Shown one piece after another: positions 57,844-64,000 of a stretch of DNA of 64,000 bases (positions are counted from its first letter, which is position 1; each line of letters starts with the position of its first letter). Position numbers and translations under genes: made by a program. The notes below the pieces were generated by a model. It was not told where the DNA came from and did no database searches. It saw only the letters and a program-made list of their open reading frames with translations. Source of the DNA: Octopus vulgaris (taxonomy: Eukaryota); contig OX597821.1 of assembly GCA_951406725.2 (NCBI GenBank), forward strand, positions 106,206,001 to 106,270,000, read 5' to 3'.

Positions 57844-57906
57844 ATTCTGGGAATCATGTTGACTTACGCCATCGTCGTTTTACAAACCAAGAAGGAAACA
57901 ACTTAG
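57844..57906 (+). CDS. GR-like gene, shared terminal exon 4 (ILGIMLTYAIVVLQTKKETT*)
   Basis: ctttattctag| acceptor, phase 0. TYAIVVLQ matches the TYhhhhhQ(F) TM7 signature of the GR/OR superfamily. TAG at 57904-57906; possible ATTAAA signal at 57934-57939. Confidence 0.92.
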   Translation: MLGIMLTYAIVVLQTKKETT

Positions 57907-57999
57907 AATGAAATCATTGGTCAGAAACAATTTATTAAAACTTCACTTAAAACGAATTTGATTGTGATACTGGATGAACAGTAACTATGTTTTCTTTTA

Positions 58000-58395
58000 T
58001 TATTCTACTTGTCTTAGCCATTTTACTGCGGCCATGCTGGAGCACCGCCTTAAAGGACTTTAGTCGAAGAACTCGAACCCAGGACTTATTCTTTGTAAGC
58101 TTAGTATTTATTGCCGAACTGCTACATTTTGGGTCGTAAATACACCAACATCAGTTGTCAAGTTATGACGGGTGTAAACAAACAAACAAACAGACACACA
58201 CACACACACAGATGTATACATAAATATATGCGACGGGCTTCTGTCAGTTTCCGTCTAAAAATCCATTCACATGGCTTTCGTCTGCCAGAAGCTATTGTAG
58301 AATATACTTGTCCATGGTTCCACGCAGTGGGATGAACTCAGAACCTTGTGCTTGTGTAGCAAACTTCTTACCACTCGGCCACATCTGCGCCTATA
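58000..58395 (-). mobile_element. SINE family A immediately downstream of the GR-like stop codon
   Basis: Diverged reverse-complement copy of the family A head, core and tail. Confidence 0.8.
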
Positions 58396-60848
58396 ATGCC
58401 ACGCCGGCGCCTGTATGTATGCATAGATATTTGCTAAATTTCTTTTACTTGATTGATTCATAAGACTGTGGCCATGCTGTGGCACCGCTTATATTGACTA
58501 AATCGACTTCAGTACTTTTTTTAAGCGTTCTCTTGTCCAGAACCACTAAGTTTGAAACTTTTTTGAGAATTTTATGTTCTGTTTTAAAATGTAACACATT
58601 TCTGTATATTTTTTGCGTTTCAAAACATGCTGTTATAATATACATTCTGTACATAAAACAATGATCTACTGTAGAACATGAGGAAGTTTCAGCCATATTT
58701 CAAATATGCGAACACGTGGAATCACTTGTTTTTTAATAACTGACACTTTACTAACTTTAACTCACTGCAGAATTTGTCTTTAAATTTTCATGCACTAAAA
58801 TATTTTTAGGTACAGTTACTCGTCTAAAGTAATATACATATCTTGGTAAGCTCTTTCGTCATTATTTCGGTTATTCAGGGCTGTCCTTGACGCGCTGCCG
58901 ATAATTAATATGAGCGAAATATATCCCTCTTATTTAACACAATGATAAAATAGTACGTCATTGAACTGTCAGCGTTTCAATAATTACTTTTTCCCCAGAT
59001 TATACAATGTCTCAATGAAGTCAGAAAAATGTTTTCTCCTTTGTTTATACGTTTACGCAATATTTACATTACACCAAATGTTGAACATTAAAACTTAAAG
59101 AATTTCCTCCATCTATGATGATCACTGCCAAGGGAATATGGCGTTTGTCAAGGATGTGTATCATATAGTAATAATATTTCTCTATTGGATGAAGTATATA
59201 TGAAAAATGATTTCATTATACATCGGAAAAAATAATTATTTTCACAATATACTCTACTTTATTATTATCCATTGTATTATTTATTATTGTAAATCAAATT
59301 TATAAACATTTTCCTTCCAAACTATAAACTCATAAATTTATGAGAAATATTATAAGAATATTAAACACATACAGAGACACACGCGCGCAAACGTTCGCAT
59401 ATATACATGCATCGAATCATTAAATTAATCCATACTTTCAAATATCTTAAATACATGAAGAGAAATGTTCTCTTTAGATATATGTTTCTATCATTTATTT
59501 ACTTATTTATTTATTTACTAAATAACCACCAATTGAAAACTCCTAGATTGAATATTTGTTAGACTGTCAGGTAAACCGCGCCAGTGGTTTCATCAAAAGT
59601 TTGTCGTTTCAGTCACTTTGCTTCATCTAATACATATCCTTTGTACTTAATCGATGTCTCCACTCTTAGATCATAATACAGGTACACATAATTTAGTACC
59701 AAATCTTGAAAAAATATATGTCCTAATGTAAGAAATAAAAAAAAATAAAAAATTAATCACAGGAAAATACACGTAATTGTGGGAATAATTGCTGTTTAAT
59801 TCAGAAATTAAACTTCCTCTCCAATTCAATTATTAATCTGTTGATTTAACTCATTTAACGGCTTAGGAACTGATATAAACAAGTTATTAATTTTAGTCAT
59901 CTCTCGCATAACTAAGAATTAGCCTGTGGCATTACGCTTGCGCATATTCTTTATTTATATATCTCGATATACCTGTCATGTATCTTTGCAGATAATCGTA
60001 TAAATTTGTAAATATATTGCAAATAGTGAAACGGTGTTTAAAAATAATAAGATTGTAAATATTGTAATTGAATCGTAATGAAATTTCATGAAAAAGTGTA
60101 TATCGCATACAAAGAACAAGTGAATGATTTTCCAAAAAAGATTCTCCTTCTCGCAAAGAAACTGAACACCTAATCGGGTTCGTGATTTGAATACGGCTAA
60201 TATTTCAGACGGATCGTATTTGAACTTCAAACAGCGCACAGTGACTGCTCTTAGCTTATGATAGCACGCGACATCGAATGTCTTATCAGAAGAGGAGAAT
60301 CAGAACAGATAAAAGAAAGGCATATCTATTTCACCACACGTAGATTGGTTGGAAATAATAACTTCAACACAACTGATAAATGTATGAAAAACGACAGCAA
60401 GCGAAGATATATTGGAATAGTTTTGTATGTGAATACTTGTTTGTCAATAAAGATGTTTATGTTTTCATGTTTCTTTTTATCAAATATCTTAAAAACAATT
60501 TATCAAAATTTATGTTTATATTTGTGTTTATGTTTATATTTCTAAATATGTGGATGCATTGGCAATTTTTTTCTTTTCTTTGCCAATTCTAAACAAGTAA
60601 AAAGTAACTTTAGTCTGTCGTTGTCATATAGAACTATTTCAAATCAATAATGTTTACAAATATGAAAAGGGTAAAAAAAGTTTTTATTAAATTTGATTAA
60701 ATTAAATGCTAACTAAAAACGCATTGTGTAGTTTATTTAATTCAAGGCAAAACATATTTCCAATACTGTATCTATTTCCTTGCTATGTAGCTGAATAACC
60801 AAAACCAAAAGTTCAAAGCTACGGTGCATAAGTATGTTTGTGTGTGTG

Positions 60849-60881
<33 letters not shown>

Positions 60882-61778
60882 ATATATATGTGTGTGTGTG
60901 TGTATTATTCTATATTATATTATATTACATTATATTACATTATATCAATTAATTGAACGCGACGCATCCATTTCCAAGTAAGTTTATATTCACCTTTTTG
61001 ATGCGACTCTCTACTTTCTATTGCTTTCTTCCTCTATCCCTCTCTAATTCCCGTTTTCGCCTCTCCTTTATTCACTGTTTTCTATTTCTCTTTCTCTCTG
61101 TGTCTCTATCTAGCTATATCTCCCCCCCCCTTTCTCTTATCTCTCCCTCTCTCTTGTTGCTCACACATGACCATCGCCCATCTTTCTTTTATGCATGTGA
61201 CAATCTTTCTTTTCCTGCACGGGCGTTCAAAAGAACGGACATGTTTTTTTTTCTCTCCCTCTTCTATCATTTATCTTTAAAAATAAATGTTTCACCTAGC
61301 ATTCACTATGTTCTTCTCGCTCTGGTCTAATGACCCTCCATGTTTGTTTTCGTTCGGTTTCCTTGTATGTCTCCACTGTCATGTATATGTTCCCGACTTT
61401 GGCCCTCCATAAATCCTAAATTTTATTTTAGAATTTATGGAATCGTCTGTCTTTGAAGACTCATATTATCATTGAAAGATCAAAATAAGGAGTAGATAGA
61501 CAACTACTGAGGAAGGATCTTTTCTCTGTGTATACTTGCCCTGTTTACAATAATTTTCACGCTATTTACGTATTTCATATTATTTGCACTGTTTGTGACG
61601 TTCTGAACTCATATATGCATGAATATATGCATATATATATGTATGTATGTATATATATATATATGTGCGTGTGTGTGTGTGTGTGTGTGTGCGTGTGTGT
61701 AAATGTATATATACATATATATATATATATATGTATATACATATATATATATATATATGTATATATATATGTATATAC

Positions 61779-61807
<29 letters not shown>

Positions 61808-61809
<2 letters not shown>

Positions 61810-62073
61810 TATAATATTAATTAGAGACAAAACCACTATTTTGTAAAACAAACAAGGAAAGACTTAATCAATACATAAAATTTTAATAAAAAGTAAAAAA
61901 TATTTTTTACTTTTTATTAAAATTTTATGTATTGATTAAGTCTTTCCTTGTTTGTTCTACAAAATAGTGGTTTTGTCTCTAATTAATATTATATAATATT
62001 TTACTATAAAATTGGATTTAATCCTAAATCTGATTTTTTCCCTGTAAATTTGGATTTATTCCCTAATATTTAT

Positions 62074-62078
<5 letters not shown>
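61808..62078. repeat. Near-perfect 188-bp palindrome (61808-61995, centre 61901/61902) plus a one-sided extension
   Basis: Loopless centre aaaaaaTAtttttt with one mismatch in the arms. Flanked by (TA)n. Confidence 0.9.
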
Positions 62079-62135
<57 letters not shown>

Positions 62136-62142
62136 CTATATA

Positions 62143-62196
<54 letters not shown>

Positions 62197-63279
62197 ACCC
62201 TGTAGTGCATATCTATATATCTGTTAACATTCGCAAAAACACATCACAAAAGCTGAAACCAGTAAATGGAATAAATATATGTTTGCTGTGCAAACTCATC
62301 TTTCTGAAAAAAAAAAAAAAGACAATGCTGACAACTTTGTGCGTAGGTTTAAAATTTCATTAATCAGGCATCAGTATTCAACACGCACCAAATCGAACTT
62401 GTCAATAGATAAACTACAAAAGCCAGAAACACGCTAGAACTACGAGATTGATACTGCCTGGAGTAAAATTTCAGAAAAAAGCTATACTCTGACTCTACTG
62501 CGTTACACACGAGATAATAAGGCCGGGTATGATGCTATCTCGCAGAATCTGTTCGGCATTGCTTATTCAACGCTGATTTGACATCAAACTTTTGAATGCT
62601 TCTCTCGTTCTTTCTTCTTTTGCTCTCACCCTCTTCTCTCTTTTACCCCCTCCCTCTTTCCCTATCTCTGTTTATGTGTGTCAGCATATCCTATTTTACG
62701 TGCATGAGAATACGTGAGTGTGTCTATGTCATTAGCGTTCAGCTAATAAATTAATTGTAATGACTCTTCCCCCGTCTCTCTCTCTCCCTCCATTCAAGTC
62801 TCTCTCTCTCTCTCTCTTTCTCTCCATACAAGTCTCTCTCAATCTTAGTGTGTGTATGTGTATATAACTGTTACGCACGCATGCGGGTCTGTTTGCCTCC
62901 AGCGCAAAAACCTACAATCGCCAAAACTTGCTGAATTTTCAGTCAGCCGAGCCAAATTGTCAGCTTCCACACAGCAGCGCCCAATAGCCTCAATCTCAAA
63001 ATAGATCGTATATTAATTGTCTGTCTATGTAAAATGTAACTATTGAGCAAACACAGAACATGAATACATTATCGTACTACAACTTCTAAGATTGAATCAA
63101 ACATTCCTTCAACATTTGTTGTGACATTTTCTCAAATCCAGCAGGCTAATTACATAATCTTTCGGACATTTAACTAATTTTATATACCCTGTGTAGCTTA
63201 ACCATTTGCAGGCATTAATTGTAAACTTTTAAAACAGCCATCAGCTACTTTTATGTCATATGTTAATATTTATTGTTAA

Positions 63280-63665
63280 CTAGCAGTATCGCCCGGCGTT
63301 GCTCGGGTTTGTAAGGGAAGTAATTATACAGCATTTTTAGAGAGTTATAGCCAAAAAAATAACAAAAAAATGCATTAAAAATGGAAAAAATATGATGGTA
63401 AATATTTTTTTAATCGTTGACTCATCGTAGACATTTTTAGAGAGTTACTTCCCTTTAAAAAAATATGCATGAAAATGGAAAAAAATGATGGTAAATTATT
63501 TTTTAAATCCTAGACTCATCGTAGACGCGCGCTAATACCCAGAAGGGCTTGATATGAATCACGACTATAAGATACCCGGTTTTGGTTAAACTGCACCGCA
63601 AAATGTGGGAGTAGTTAGGAATCTAAATCGAAGGGGACAGACAACTACAGTTTTATATATAAAGA
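63280..63665 (-). mobile_element. Short non-autonomous Helitron, same family as 44756-46646
   Basis: A|TC...CTAG|T boundaries, the same 3' hairpin (gcccggcgttgctcggg on the + strand) and the same subterminal sequence. Confidence 0.85.
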
Positions 63666-64000
63666 TATTGCCTCCATCTTACACCCCGTTTCTACTTCTC
63701 TCTATATACAACCTTTCTCACCCAAGTGACGATAACAACTACGACCGTGCGTTTAGCTATATTCTTACCGTTTCCCCCCTCTAAACTACTAATATGCTGC
63801 TAGACGTGACTGCAATGAAATAGGTTTGAAAGAATGTTGAATGTGATGAGTTATTTGTACGAACATATAATACTCTGGCTAAAAGTAAGTACTCAGCAGA
63901 GCAAAGACCATAATAGACTCACGCTGTTACAATGCAACCCAAGGCAGTGGACACGGTGATAACTATATATTCAACTGGTTGAAATTCGGACGACGGGCCT

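Noticed and set aside
59900-60450. Hydrophobic minus-strand ORFs as a decayed fourth receptor exon
   Set aside because: Only a vague resemblance (IPIYLRLLSFFIH). None of the conserved motifs are present, the strand and position are wrong, and AT-rich DNA gives hydrophobic translations by chance.

Overview
AT-rich, microsatellite-saturated animal genomic DNA, most consistent with an octopus (inferred from the tRNA-derived SINE families, (TA)n/(TAA)n density and LINE content). Most short ORFs in the supplied track are microsatellite artefacts. The one well-supported host gene is a + strand gustatory-receptor-like (GR/GRL, 7TM ion-channel chemoreceptor superfamily) locus with a variable/constant architecture. 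Three divergent, intact large exons (27154-28182, 31322-32311, 49077-50102; predicted TM1-TM6) each end at an equivalent phase-0 GTATGT donor. I found only one set of three small phase-0 C-terminal exons (53604-53672, 56283-56372, 57844-57906), carrying the TYAIVVLQ signature, so the three large exons appear to be alternatively spliced onto it (predicted 416, 403 and 415 aa isoforms). The rest of the window is mobile DNA: an intact full-length R4/Dong-like RLE retrotransposon in a (TAA)n tract with several truncated relatives; CR1 and RTE fragments; Penelope-like remnants with type I hammerhead ribozyme motifs and long hairpins; Tc1/mariner and Chapaev-like transposase relics; Helitrons (one with a PIF1 fragment and a 165-bp satellite); and many SINEs. 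All calls were read by eye; no searches were run.
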